Shown here piece by piece: positions 39,901 through 50,369 of a stretch of 64,000 nucleotides of DNA. The position numbers were made by a program, and so were the translations under genes. The DNA is taken from contig CAVVOB010000030.1 in the NCBI GenBank assembly GCA_963749655.1, positions 289,798 through 353,797 of the forward strand, given 5' to 3'. The first letter of the stretch is position 1; each line of letters starts with the position of its first letter. Source of the stretch: Nitrospirota bacterium. GTDB taxonomy: Bacteria; Nitrospirota; UBA9217. The notes beneath the pieces were generated by a model. That model was not told where the DNA came from. It saw only the letters and a program-made list of their open reading frames with translations, and did not search any database.

Positions 39901-40490
39901 ACGGCACACAGTTCGTGGCGGTTGGTGGATCTGGTACCATACTCACCTCCCCGGATGGCATCACGTGGACAGCCAGATCATCGGGCACTACATTTCACCT
40001 GTACGACGTTATATGGACCGGCGCGCAGTATACGGCGGTCGGCGGTTACAACACCGGTGTCGTTCTTACCTCGCCGGATGGCATCGCGTGGACGAGCATT
40101 ACGACATACCTTACCGTCATATACTGGTGGGGTCCATCCACGGGTAATAACCTTCCGGTCCTGTATACTGTCATATGGACCGGCTCGCAGTATGTGGTGG
40201 CGAGCGCCGGACTCACCTCGCCAGATGGCAGTGCGTGGACAGAATATTCTGATAATAACTCATCAGCAGAGATGTATGATATCGTATGGTCCGGCTCGCA
40301 GTATGTGGCGGTCGGCGCTTCCGGCGTGATTCGCATCACGCCTGATGGCATTACATGGACAACACAGTCGTCCAACGCCTCTACAAGAAGACTGCGTGGT
40401 GTCACATGGTCCGGCTCGCAATATGTGGCGGTTGGGGAATATGGGACCATCATCACCTCGCCCGAAGGCGCTGCATGGACAGCCCGATAG
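36952..40490 (+). CDS. Very large surface lipoprotein (unknown N-domain, Big_5 Ig, three DUF5018-like Ig repeats, beta-propeller), split by several indels
   Basis: GGAGG RBS, LAGC lipobox with SG linker, SPAAGATNV..ISAIFS..MD, ITAFS..G.I.E..TISVTVP repeats, WSGTQFVAVGASGTILTSPDGI.WT repeats. Confidence 0.8.
39650..40487 (+). repeat. ~117-bp intragenic tandem repeats (propeller blades)
   Basis: Near-identical DNA units TGGTCAGGCACGCAGTTCGT.GCGGTTGG...ACCTC.CC.GATGGCATC..GTGGACAGC. Confidence 0.85.
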
Positions 40491-41180
40491 AGGCGATGGT
40501 TTGAGATTTTAAAATAATGCCGGTGGCTCATACGAGCATAACACCATACGAGTGCGGAGACACAGGTTTCCATCAACACAATACTATCGCGCCTATCCCG
40601 GGAGGTCACATGCATACGGCAAGCAACGGTATTTATCAACGACCACGGCATGGCGGCTTTCGCTTGCGAAAAACGCCAGCTCAAGGGTCGAGGAATCCAT
40701 GAATACGAGGGAGCCTTTTAGATAAACCGTCTTGCCGTCAGGGCCGAATTGCTTTTGCACGGAAGAGGTGAGGATAAGAGGGGTGGCGGCATTGCGGATT
40801 GCGATTTTTTACCACTGCACGAGAAGCTTTGCTGAGGCGTACCGGTCGAAGTAATCGGCATCATCTCCAACTTGCCCTGCTTCGAACTTTGTCAGAAAGT
40901 TCCGGGTCGCGAGATGGTATTTCCGTTCAAAGTCTTTCAGCGTTTTCTTATAGAAGGCAATGGCGTCCGAGTACTGAGTAAATTCTCGTTTGAGTGAAAT
41001 TTTCGCTTGTTATGTTCATATTCTATTTATAAAGCAGAATCCCCAATGAGTCAAGGCGTTTTTGCAGGTTCAGTGCTTTTGGACGATGATGACAGGCAGC
41101 GGGAGGACGGCCATGATGATGCAGCAGAGTCAGCAGATATTGTTACGTCTGGACCGTCGATCACTCAATCAAATCTCATG

Positions 41181-41459
41181 TTACGCGAGAAACTCATAGT
41201 TGTAAATCGAATGATGGTGGCCGATATACCGAAGTTCCGCGTGGCTTGAATTGATGAATTTGAAGATGATTCTATACGCTCTGTCAACACGGAAGCTCCA
41301 CACTTCATGGTGCTTCGGATGCAGCTTTTCAGTGTGGAGAGATGGATGGAAAACGTCGCTTTTGAATAGTTCGGTTTTTAGTGCGGCCTTTCGCTGGATG
41401 CCGCGCGGGAGTTTTTCGAATTGGCGGTCAAACGTGACGGTAGTCGAGATCTCGATCAT
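41181..41459 (-). CDS. RelE/ParE-superfamily type II toxin
   Basis: F.RQF.KLP, FHPSLHTEKL, WSFRV...YRIIF and IGHH.IY motifs. Confidence 0.85.
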   Translation of the reverse strand: MIEISTTVTFDRQFEKLPRGIQRKAALKTELFKSDVFHPSLHTEKLHPKHHEVWSFRVDRAYRIIFKFINSSHAELRYIGHHHSIYNYEFLA

Positions 41460-41464
41460 CTTGT

Positions 41465-41665
41465 TTACTTGATAAGTTCGTGGAGGGATTTTCGTTTCTT
41501 GACGCGGCCGGCCTTGTGGTCCCGCTCCGAAGCATCAAGCGCATCCAGAAACTCGCCTCGGTACAGTCCGATGGAGTCGCAGAAGGCTTCAAAATTGTCT
41601 TTTCTGATTTCGATCTGTATGGTTTTATGTTTTTTTGTGATTTTAGCTTCAAGTGTCTGGAGCAT
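41465..41665 (-). CDS. Putative cognate antitoxin
   Basis: AGGAGG RBS, small gene directly upstream of the toxin, SERD.KAGRV....L..L C-terminus. Confidence 0.75.
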   Translation of the reverse strand: MLQTLEAKITKKHKTIQIEIRKDNFEAFCDSIGLYRGEFLDALDASERDHKAGRVKKRKSLHELIK

Positions 41666-41792
41666 ATTCAACCTCCTGTATGTTGATTGTTGTAACGATA
41701 CCTGATTTGAAAGCTCTAGTCAATTTATTTAAGCTGTTTTTTGTTTTTACCGGTTTAAGTAAATAATTTCTGCATTTCATCAGGAGGTCCCC

Positions 41793-42264
41793 ATGATTAA
41801 TTCAAAACACAGCCGTTTCAGCTTCTTAGCATACGCATCTCTTCTTCTGCTCGTTTCACTTCTGCTGGTAAACTGCAGCGGCAGCGGTGGCGGCAATGGA
41901 TCAAACGCCACCTATATCGTGACCTATGAGCCGGCAACTGCGATCCCGCTGGCGGACCAGACCTTCTTCGAGTTCCAGAACAGCGGGGACGACTTCCAAT
42001 GGACTCGCCAGTATGCCTGATACCGGAGAATACTGGCTCTATTCCACTGAAGCCTTTCTTACCTCGCAAGGTTTCACTAATGTGCCGGCAAGCGGCTTCA
42101 TGACCTGGTCCTCTACTACAAGAGTATATGGCGCTGAAACGAATATGGCATGGTTTATCTATATGGGCGGTGCGATAAATAGCGGTTCAGTTTACGGCTG
42201 GAACATTGACTGGAGCGATAAATCCAGCCTTTACTACGCCTGGCCCGTACGCACCGGGCCGTAG
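41793..42264 (+). pseudogene. Short, frameshifted lipoprotein ending in a DUF1566 (Lcl C-type lectin) C-terminus
   Basis: AGGAGG RBS and LVNC-SGSGGG lipobox. Second frame reads FLTSQGFTNV....WSSTT....AWFIYM..G...K....YAWPVR. Confidence 0.6.
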
Positions 42265-42422
42265 GATTATCAGGCTGTTTCCTGTCGTAAGAGTGAAATA
42301 ATTCAGAGGATGCAGGGGAACTGCCCGGATGCACCCGAAGAGAGAGGGCGCCTCTGATACATAATAGCAGGCCTCATCCTGCGACACTATTATGAGCCCT
42401 GTGAATTTGATCTCCTCCCGGC

Positions 42423-43457
42423 TCAGAACCTGAGGAGCGCCTCCGCGAAGGCCCCCTGCCTGGTCACCGTGGCCCAGTCCAGATTGGTGTCCGAAGAGGA
42501 CCCGTCGGCGAAATACACAGTGTCCAGTCCGTTCATAGCGCGCAGGAACAAATATCGGTATCCCGCAGCCAGGCCGACGTGTCCGGAAATATCATAGGTC
42601 AGACCGAGTTGCGCTTCATAGCCGTATCCCCAGGGCGCCTTCTGGACGAAATTGGGAGATTCCGTGCGGAAGTTCGACGCATAGGAGCCGGCGCGGAGGT
42701 TCCAGTAGCCTTCACCGTGGTACGATACGTAGGGATAGACCGACAGTATTGCTTCATATCCGAACGGTCCCCTGAGGGCGGCCTGTCTCGTGACGCCGAC
42801 CTTGACCGTGTCCCACGTGAAATCGAAGGACGAGTTCAGCACCATGCTCGGCTCGAAGGGGCCCACCGAAGGATAATAGGACCCTTCAAAGGGCTGGGAA
42901 ACAGCCTGGTAGCCGTTCGTCATCATGAAACGGTCCGCATAGTGGAGATAGCCCACAACCAGGCCCCAGGCCCCCCGCTTTGGAAAGTCGAACCGGCTGT
43001 AGTTGTAGTAAAAGTTGAGGCCGACCATCCGGACGTCCCCGTCCAGGTCGCTCTGGGATACGGAGTAGTCCTTCCTCCCGCCATCGTACACGAACCGATC
43101 CGTGTCCGAGTCTCGTCCTCGCGCGACAAGGCCGTACCCGAACATCACGTCAAAGGAAATGCGCGGCGTGATCCCGCCTCCGCCGGTGACAACGGTGATC
43201 GGGCTGTCGATCCTTTTGAACTTCAGCTCCGACTCCATCGTGCCCGCTGTCCCGACGGGAATGCCGGGGTTCGTGGACCGTGTGGCATAAGGAAAGGAAA
43301 TCTGCCATTTTGCCTCGGCTGCCGATAACCAGCCCTGGACGCTGATGCCTGCGTTGGCCTCCTCGCTCCCGCGGGCAAGCTCCGCGCCAGGGGCATCGGC
43401 CGGCAACAGAGCGAGCAGGGCCGGCAACAGTAAAAAGACGGACAGGTAATTTTTCAT
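42423..43457 (-). CDS. Outer-membrane beta-barrel protein (omptin-like)
   Basis: Signal peptide, SELKF motif, aromatic-rich strands, C-terminal RF. Confidence 0.7.
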   Translation of the reverse strand: MKNYLSVFLLLPALLALLPADAPGAELARGSEEANAGISVQGWLSAAEAKWQISFPYATRSTNPGIPVGTAGTMESELKFKRIDSPITVVTGGGGITPRISFDVMFGYGLVARGRDSDTDRFVYDGGRKDYSVSQSDLDGDVRMVGLNFYYNYSRFDFPKRGAWGLVVGYLHYADRFMMTNGYQAVSQPFEGSYYPSVGPFEPSMVLNSSFDFTWDTVKVGVTRQAALRGPFGYEAILSVYPYVSYHGEGYWNLRAGSYASNFRTESPNFVQKAPWGYGYEAQLGLTYDISGHVGLAAGYRYLFLRAMNGLDTVYFADGSSSDTNLDWATVTRQGAFAEALLRF

Positions 43458-43721
43458 CAAGGTCCTTTTCTTCATCAAGCATTGCACCTGCTGATCAGGA
43501 TTCTACCCGAACAAGTCGATGAAAGCAAATGAGGATCATGGATTTTCGGATGTCCATGATTCCCCCCGGCGTCGGTTTTTACCTTCCTTGTTGCGTGTGT
43601 CGGGAACCCCAAAACCGCAGATATTTTCTGCAAAACATGCTATCTTAGTACATGAAATCCGCCGTGACCGCGGGTACGTGAGGCTGATGACAGGAAGGCG
43701 GGAAGCAGGACCGGGAGGATT

Positions 43722-44446
43722 ATGCAGCGGGAAAAGCGTGCGATACTGGTCGTGGACAGCAGCGCGTCGTTCGTATTCTACACGGCGATGGTCCTCAAGA
43801 AGCTTGAATATGCCGTCCGCACGGCCTCGACCGCGGAAGACGCGCTTCGCAGCGCCGCGGACTCAGCGCCTGCCCTCGTGATCACCGACACGGTCCTTCA
43901 AAAATCGAGCGGCGTGGACCTCCTGAAACAGATAAAGAGCAGCGCCGGATTGAAGTTTATTCCTGTCATCATCCATACCGCCCAGAGGGACCCTGCGCTC
44001 AAGTAACGTGCACCGCTGCCGGATGTGCCGCCTTCTTTTTCAAACCCGTGGAGCCTGAATCGCTGTACCGGGCGATCCAGGCCGCGACGGAATCCACGCC
44101 GAGGCAGAACATCCGGATCGACGTCGCTCTTACCGCCCGGATCGGGAACGCCGCGGCAGGCACAATCAGGACCGAAGACGTCACCACCCTGTCGGAAGGT
44201 GGGCTCTATATCAAGTCGCTTGTTCCCGAACCCGTGGATGATGTTCTTTCCATCACGCTTCTTATCGGGTCGCGCGAGATCAGGACAACGGCTCTCGTCT
44301 TGTACAGCTCAGCGAAGATCCAGGGACCGCACCGTGTCCCGGGCATGGGTATGAAGTTCGTGACCATTGCTGCAGAGGACCGCGCGTTCATCAGGGAGTA
44401 TATCCGCGAACAGGTTTTGAAGGACCTTTCGACGGGGAAGAGATGA
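43722..44446 (+). CDS. REC-PilZ protein (one base missing near 44003)
   Basis: Atypical REC (ILVVDS, ITD, KP), then RQNIR..., LSEGG and GMGMKF PilZ motifs. Confidence 0.8.
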
Positions 44447-44768
44447 CGTTTAAAGCCATGTCGCCGGAGGCGGTCATGCCGTCCGGAAATGATTGACCCG
44501 CAGCAAGGCAGCTCCAGTGTAAACTTTTGCGCCCTTTCCTTTGTCACTTCCTCCAATTACTATTCTAAAAAACCATGTCGCGCCGAGACGCTGAGACGCC
44601 GAGAAAGGCGAATGACCTGTTCAAACGTTGCGTCGTCAAGGTGAATCGTCACTTTACAGACAGCAAATGCGGGGGGTATCATTATTACAGGATTTGAAGG
44701 AGCGGCATTCCCTAATCCTTTATACCCATCAAGAGCGCTCAGCTGATTGGGGGAAAGGAGAACACTTG

Positions 44769-45173
44769 ATGACGAAAAAGTTAATTATAGGTCTGATTCT
44801 GATGACCGCGTTGCTGCTGATTGCGCCTGCGGCGGGAATGGCGGAGTGGAACGTGAGCATCGGCATCGGCGTGCCTTTGCCGGGCTTCTATTATTATGCC
44901 GCACCGCCCGTTGCCATTGTCCCCGCACCCACGGCCCCGTTGTATGGAGTTGTAGCGCCGGCGCCCGGATCGGCGTATTTTTTCGGGAGTCTGTGGTACC
45001 GGTTGTCCGGCGGGCAGTGGTTCATAGCTGCGGAGTTCGGCGGTCCATGGTCCTCGATCGCGGCTGAGAGCGTGCCGCCGGAAGTCTATGGTGCGCCGGT
45101 TTATCAGGGTGCAGGACAGGGAACTGATGGAAGGTATATCCCGCCGAGGCTGTACTACGGCGGAGAAGAATGA
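44769..45173 (+). CDS. Exported Pro/Gly/aromatic-rich hypothetical protein
   Basis: AAGGAG RBS, signal peptide, VSIGIGVP and WY...W......GPW pattern. Confidence 0.7.
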   Translation: MTKKLIIGLILMTALLLIAPAAGMAEWNVSIGIGVPLPGFYYYAAPPVAIVPAPTAPLYGVVAPAPGSAYFFGSLWYRLSGGQWFIAAEFGGPWSSIAAESVPPEVYGAPVYQGAGQGTDGRYIPPRLYYGGEE

Positions 45174-45207
45174 TCAGACTCGCGAAGGAGTAAGCCGGCG
45201 AAAGAAA

Positions 45208-45250
45208 GCCGGACATCCCCAGGGGGAATGTCCGGCCTGCATCTTTTTTG
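45208..45250. terminator. Intrinsic terminator-like hairpin between convergent genes
   Basis: GCCGGACATCCCC-CA-GGGGAATGTCCGGC. Confidence 0.6.
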
Positions 45251-45260
45251 TCAGCTGCGG

Positions 45261-46010
45261 CTACTTCGGATTCTGCGTAGACCCTGCGGCAGCAGGCGCG
45301 GCGGCAGAGGAGAGTGTCTCCGGAGGCTTGATGGCCGCGACGATTTTCGAAGCAACAAAAGGACCGTAGGACGGCGATACCTTGGTAATGAACTCCTCAG
45401 TCACGCCGTCATCGTAGCCGGTAAACACGAATCCGCCGATCAGCGGGATCACGCCCCACTCAAGCCAGCCTATTTCAGTCCATGTTCTGCCCATATCAGC
45501 CTGCCTGAACTCGTAATTGCAGGGGATGCTGAGCTGCTGCTGAGCTGTGTTCTTTCCGTCGACCAAGAGCACCTGGGTATCGATGTCGGCCTGATAACCG
45601 TAGCCAAAGATGGCAGGAGCAAAGATGAGAAATCCCGGGAAGTTTACGAAGAAGTTGCTGCCCACTCCCGAATATCTGGAGTTCACCGTGATATCGGCGA
45701 TAGCATCGATCCCGTCGTTCTCTGCGCGTTTATAAGGATAGACCACCTGGGAAACGTTGCCGTTTTTCTGCAGTGACTCCACGATTGCAGCGACATAGCG
45801 CCTGTTCTGCGGATGGGCGTCGCTCGCGGAGATGATTCCCACTTTCACGGGCTTGGCGAGCGGTGCAGTCGGGGACAGATTGAACTTTTCCGCGTTCGTA
45901 ATCCTCATCCCATGCGTGCACCCCGAAAGAAATAGAACCGTGAACGCAGAAAAGAGGACGAGCATTCTGCCAAGTTTTATGGTCTTCTGCTTTGTACCTG
46001 TCTGTATCAT
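45261..46010 (-). CDS. Hypothetical lipoprotein
   Basis: LSGC lipobox after a hydrophobic stretch; GGGAGG RBS. Confidence 0.75.
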   Translation of the reverse strand: MIQTGTKQKTIKLGRMLVLFSAFTVLFLSGCTHGMRITNAEKFNLSPTAPLAKPVKVGIISASDAHPQNRRYVAAIVESLQKNGNVSQVVYPYKRAENDGIDAIADITVNSRYSGVGSNFFVNFPGFLIFAPAIFGYGYQADIDTQVLLVDGKNTAQQQLSIPCNYEFRQADMGRTWTEIGWLEWGVIPLIGGFVFTGYDDGVTEEFITKVSPSYGPFVASKIVAAIKPPETLSSAAAPAAAGSTQNPK

Positions 46011-46451
46011 GACTGACCTCCCTGGTATGGTAGATTACTTGCGCAAAACGCAAGACTGCGGTGAATTCTAAAACCACCTCACCACCTTTCCGTAAGGTAA
46101 GTGTTAACAGCGCAAAAAGATGCGACTATGCAACGCCTGTTCGCAGTTTCAACGTATTGTTACGCTGAATTACGAACAAAACCCGGTAAAGAAGAGATTC
46201 TTGTGAGAAGTCGAGGATGTCCTATGTATGAACGGAGGCAATGAAGAAGTGCTACCTTAGTACCATATCGTCATTTTAAGCGCAAGATAATAGTAATGCA
46301 GGAGCAGGGTATTTTTAGGGTATGCAATAGATTGCACATTGTTGCAGCAAGACTTATATTATCCTCATCCTGTTTGCTTTTTTTGATTGAGACTGCACGC
46401 GGCGGCCAGAAGTTTTTCAGCAACCTGGGAGGAGCGAGGCTGGACGGTTCC

Positions 46452-47183
46452 CTACCACGGCAGTTCTTCATCGCCGTGAAAGAACTTTCCTGTCGGTCCG
46501 TCCGGCCCGAGAGTGGCGAGCCGGACAGCGGTTGCGGCGCCCTCTGCCAGAGAGAGAGGAGCATGGGCGCCGCCCATGTCCGTGCGGACCCAGCCGGGAT
46601 GGGCGGAATTCACTTTGATGTTCGTCCCCGCGAGCGCCGCGGCAAGGTGGATCGTGAAGGCATTCACCGCGGTTTTGGAAACGTCGTAGGCGAACGGCTT
46701 GTAGGACAGGGCGCCTTGTCCGCTGTGGATCGTGAGCGATCCCAGGATGCTTGAAATATTCACGATGCGTCCGGCGCTGCTTTTCCTGAGTAATGGCAGG
46801 AGCGTCTGGGTCAGTTCCACCAGTCCGAAAAAGTTCACCTCAAAAGTCTGTTTGAGCGCTGCAGGAGTAACGGACTCGGTGCTGTTCGCAGAGGGGCCCC
46901 CGTCAGCCGACATACCCGCGTTGTTCACGAGGATGTCGAGTTTTCCGAACCGCCTTAGAATATCCCCGGAAACGCTTCTGATCATCCCGGAGTCTGTGAC
47001 ATCGAGATGAATGAACTCGACTCTCAGCATCTCCTGCTGCAGGTTCTCAACTGCTTTTTTCCCCTTCGCGGCGTCCCGGGAGCCCATGAGTACTACGACG
47101 CCGTGCTTCGCAAGCTCACGGCTGGTTTCGAACCCGAGACCTTTGTTCGCCCCGGTCACGAGTGCGATTTTTTCACTCATCAT
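46452..47183 (-). CDS. SDR oxidoreductase (carbonyl-reductase-like)
   Basis: TGANKGLG, NNAG, YDVSK and PGWVRTDMGG motifs. Confidence 0.95.
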   Translation of the reverse strand: MMSEKIALVTGANKGLGFETSRELAKHGVVVLMGSRDAAKGKKAVENLQQEMLRVEFIHLDVTDSGMIRSVSGDILRRFGKLDILVNNAGMSADGGPSANSTESVTPAALKQTFEVNFFGLVELTQTLLPLLRKSSAGRIVNISSILGSLTIHSGQGALSYKPFAYDVSKTAVNAFTIHLAAALAGTNIKVNSAHPGWVRTDMGGAHAPLSLAEGAATAVRLATLGPDGPTGKFFHGDEELPW

Positions 47184-47245
47184 AAGGCTTCCTTTTTCCT
47201 GTCCGCGCCGGCCGGAACAGTATCAAGAAGCACCTGCAGGCAGCG

Positions 47246-48523
47246 TCACTTGACCGCCCGAAAGCGGTAATCCCAACTCCAGCCGTTTGAGCCGTGAGTC
47301 ATCAGCGATCCCACGATCCTGCCGTTCTTTCGCGCGACGATCTGGAGCAGGTATATTTCGACGCCCTTGTTGGGTGGAAGGTCGAGAATAACGCTCGTCG
47401 CTGTTGTGGTGTCCCCTGCGACCATTTCTTTCTGTGCAAAGGGGTCGCACTCCGTCCGGTTGACGGTATAAGTATAGTATACATCCTTTTCAACGGGCTC
47501 CCAGGAGATCCGCACCGGGGATTCGAATTCAGTCTTGTTAAAGCATGCCGCTCCCCAGCCCTTCATCGGCTTGCCGTTGTCCTGCGGTGTCATGAGGTGA
47601 ATAAGGCGCTCCATGTCGATCTTCAGGAACGGCGTTGACGTGACCCACGCGGAAAAGTGGCCCGATCCTTTATAGTCGCCGGGATAGAGCTTGGGATTCT
47701 CCGGATTGGCATCGACCTCTGCGTTGCAGGAGTAGTTTCCTTCAGCAATGACGTGGAGCGTGAAGGACGCGGTGGCCGCGTCGTATTCGTAGGCGGGTGT
47801 GGTCCACTGGCCGAGCTGCTGGCTGTAGATCCTGAGCGTCACAGCTGCGTTCGTGTAGTCCGAGAGCGGTTTTCCGTCAAAGTACAGCTTGCCTTTAATG
47901 ACAATATCTCCCGGAGCGCCGCCGGAGCGCGTCGGGCGCGATGTCGCCGCTATCCGGTCGGAGGACCCCGTTTCTTCCGCACTGCCCGAGCCCGCAAGTC
48001 TTCTGATCTGGTCGTTCTTGGGGATAACGGCGGACGCAGCGGATAAGACCGCCCCCGTGTCCGTTGCGATGGTGCGCGCGTTGATCTTCATGTCCGTTCC
48101 CAGATCGGCGATCGTTCCGGTCACGAGGAAATCGACGCCGAGAATAGCGCCCACTTTTTTGGTGCTTTTTTCATCGAGGACGCCGGTCATGCCGAGCTTC
48201 TGCTCCTTCAGAACGTTGTTTATCAATTGCCGCTCGATGACGTTCAGCCTGCCCGTGGAAAAAAGCCGCGTTGTAAGCTCTTCGGCCAGGAACTTCCCCA
48301 GGTTAGAAATGCGGCCGTCGATGTCCGAAAACTCGATAACCGCGATCTTCGCTTTCAGCTGCGGCATTCTGGCTGCGATTTCGCTTGCGATCCTGTCGAG
48401 CTGGGCATCGAGGGTTTGCTCTGCCTGGGGAGCTTTCGCGGGTTCCGGCGGCTTCAAAGCCGCAGAAGGAGAAGCGTTCAGGAAGAACAATAAAAGAATG
48501 AACACGACCAGTCGTTTGTTCAA
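47246..48523 (-). CDS. Exported protein with FlgO/CsgG-like (TolB-N fold) domain and unknown beta-rich C-terminus
   Basis: Signal peptide, IAVIEF, VIERQ.I..VLKEQ and INARTI..DTG motifs. TTG start is inferred. Confidence 0.75.
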   Translation of the reverse strand: MNKRLVVFILLLFFLNASPSAALKPPEPAKAPQAEQTLDAQLDRIASEIAARMPQLKAKIAVIEFSDIDGRISNLGKFLAEELTTRLFSTGRLNVIERQLINNVLKEQKLGMTGVLDEKSTKKVGAILGVDFLVTGTIADLGTDMKINARTIATDTGAVLSAASAVIPKNDQIRRLAGSGSAEETGSSDRIAATSRPTRSGGAPGDIVIKGKLYFDGKPLSDYTNAAVTLRIYSQQLGQWTTPAYEYDAATASFTLHVIAEGNYSCNAEVDANPENPKLYPGDYKGSGHFSAWVTSTPFLKIDMERLIHLMTPQDNGKPMKGWGAACFNKTEFESPVRISWEPVEKDVYYTYTVNRTECDPFAQKEMVAGDTTTATSVILDLPPNKGVEIYLLQIVARKNGRIVGSLMTHGSNGWSWDYRFRAVK

Positions 48524-48778
48524 AGCAAGCCCCTTGTGATGGAATTTAACTTCTTTATGACTTACCGCAGCCTTTATTTCAGCAAAAACTATATTCCTAA
48601 ACAGGAGTGATGTCAACTATCGTGAACAATATTGCGGCAGGCGGGCTGGTTCTTTTTTAAGCAATTGCCTAAAAGCCCGGCTTGCCCGCCACTGCGATGA
48701 AAGAATGCCGTTCCTCTCCCATTTGCGGTAATATTATTAAATCAGCACGTTACCGCAGCTGCCTCGCGTTTTCGGACT

Positions 48779-48794
48779 TGGCACATGCCTTGCT
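48779..48794 (+). promoter_or_regulatory. sigma54 (-24/-12) promoter
   Basis: TGGCAC-ATGCC-TTGCT, a perfect consensus. Confidence 0.85.
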
Positions 48795-48872
48795 ATAATC
48801 TCCGACAGAAGCAGATGATGTCGCAATGATATGATACCAGTCCGATCGGACTCAATCCAAGGAGGGGAATGT

Positions 48873-50000
48873 ATGAACAAGGTACGGAACAACAGGATGT
48901 TGAATTTCTGTTTGGCGCTTATCGGCGTCGCGGCAGCGGTATGTGCATCATCTGCATACGCGGAAGACGCAAAGCCTGCAGGTCTCAGTCCCGATGATCT
49001 GAAAAAGGCGCTCGGTATGAGTATCTATCTCCAGGGCGGCTATACGTATAACGGGAATGCCGGCGCAGGCGACATGAACGATCTGCGGGTATTCGACAAG
49101 AAGGCCGACAGCTTCATGCTCGATCTTATGGAGCTCTCGTTCGCCAAGGACCCGACGGCAACCAGCCTCGGCTTCAAGGTCAAGATCTCGGCAGGGGAGA
49201 CGGCAAAGTACATTCATTCAACGGGTCTGACTTCAAGCGCCGGAGACGATCCCTTTGACGTGACCGAGGCGTATGTCAGCTATCTTGCGCCGATCGGCAA
49301 GGGGCTCAGGTTCGACTACGGCAAGATGGTCACCTTTTTCGGCGCGGAAGTGATCGAGGCGATCGATAATCCGAACTATTCGCGGTCCTTCCTGTTCAAC
49401 TACTCGATCCCGTTCACCCATACGGGATTGAAGATGAGCTATCCCTTCACCGATATCATGAGCGCAAGCGCGTATGTGGTGAACGGCTGGGATAACTCGA
49501 CGGACAACAATTCCGCCAAGTCCGTGGGCTTAAGCGTCAATCTGACACCGGGCGAAATGGTTTTCGGATACGTCAATTACATGGAGGGCCCGGAGCAGAC
49601 CGGCAACACCAGCAACAGCAGGGCGCTCCTCGATCTGGTGGCGACCATCAAACCGAGCAAGCCCCTTTCCATAATTCTGAACTATGACAATGCGAGGGAA
49701 AAAATGGGAACGGGCGCACCGGATGCGAAATGGAACGGGTTCGCGGGCATCGTGAAGTACGATTTTACCGAAACCTACAGCCTTGCTGTCAGAGGGGAAG
49801 CGTTTCACGACCAGGCCGGTGTCAGGACCGGCACGGCGCAGAGGCTGACGGAAGTGACGGTGACGCCGGAGATCCGGCTGGCCAGCGGTCTGATCCTGCG
49901 GCCCGAGTACCGGCATGATTCCTCGGACAAGCGGTCCTTCGAAGACAATACGAAAAAGACCCAGGACACCATCGCACTGGGCGCGATGTATAGATGGTAG
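48873..50000 (+). CDS. Outer-membrane porin (putative beta-barrel porin 2 / DUF1597 type)
   Basis: Signal peptide, EAYVSY, GAEVIE, NYSRS.LF...PFTHTG, NGWD, RPEYRHD and terminal YRW. Confidence 0.88.
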   Translation: MNKVRNNRMLNFCLALIGVAAAVCASSAYAEDAKPAGLSPDDLKKALGMSIYLQGGYTYNGNAGAGDMNDLRVFDKKADSFMLDLMELSFAKDPTATSLGFKVKISAGETAKYIHSTGLTSSAGDDPFDVTEAYVSYLAPIGKGLRFDYGKMVTFFGAEVIEAIDNPNYSRSFLFNYSIPFTHTGLKMSYPFTDIMSASAYVVNGWDNSTDNNSAKSVGLSVNLTPGEMVFGYVNYMEGPEQTGNTSNSRALLDLVATIKPSKPLSIILNYDNAREKMGTGAPDAKWNGFAGIVKYDFTETYSLAVRGEAFHDQAGVRTGTAQRLTEVTVTPEIRLASGLILRPEYRHDSSDKRSFEDNTKKTQDTIALGAMYRW

Positions 50001-50004
50001 AAGA

Positions 50005-50311
50005 TTATTAAGCTCGATGAAGTGAAAGAATCCCGGAACACGATCGGCATCAAGAACATGGCCGCGACCGAGGTCAAGGGTTCGGCATGCAAAAGGGCCA
50101 CGTCGAGCTCTACCGCGGCGCTGAGTACGACATCCCTTTCATCCCGAAGGTGAAGATCGAGGCGGTGGTAGGCAACGTCGCCGACAAGGTGATATCCGGC
50201 ATCCAGGAAAATGCAAAGACCGGCAAGATAGGAGACGGCAGGATCTTCATCTCGAAGCTCGAAGACATCGTCAGGATCAGGACCGGAGAATGCGGAGACC
50301 CGGCGATTTGA
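50005..50311 (+). pseudogene. glnK: Decayed P-II nitrogen regulator (glnK/glnB)
   Basis: KLDEVK...TEVKG/FG.QKGH.ELYRG.EY...PKVKIE...TGKIGDG.IF...IRTGE. Start and N-terminus missing, one frameshift, conserved residues substituted. Confidence 0.85.
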
Positions 50312-50333
50312 GAGATCGCCGTTTATCCTCCCT

Positions 50334-50369
50334 GGGCCGGCATGTTCCATTGCATGCCGGCCCTTTTTT
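50334..50369 (+). terminator. Intrinsic terminator
   Basis: GGGCCGGCATG...CATGCCGGCCCTTTTTT. Confidence 0.85.

Noticed and set aside
39650-40487. Regular repeats considered as a CRISPR array
   Set aside because: They are in-frame protein repeats with no unique spacers, and no cas genes are present.
48960-48990. GACGCAAAGCC resembles a c-di-GMP-I (GEMM) riboswitch core
   Set aside because: It lies within the porin coding sequence and lacks the upstream GGCAAA/GAAA stem.
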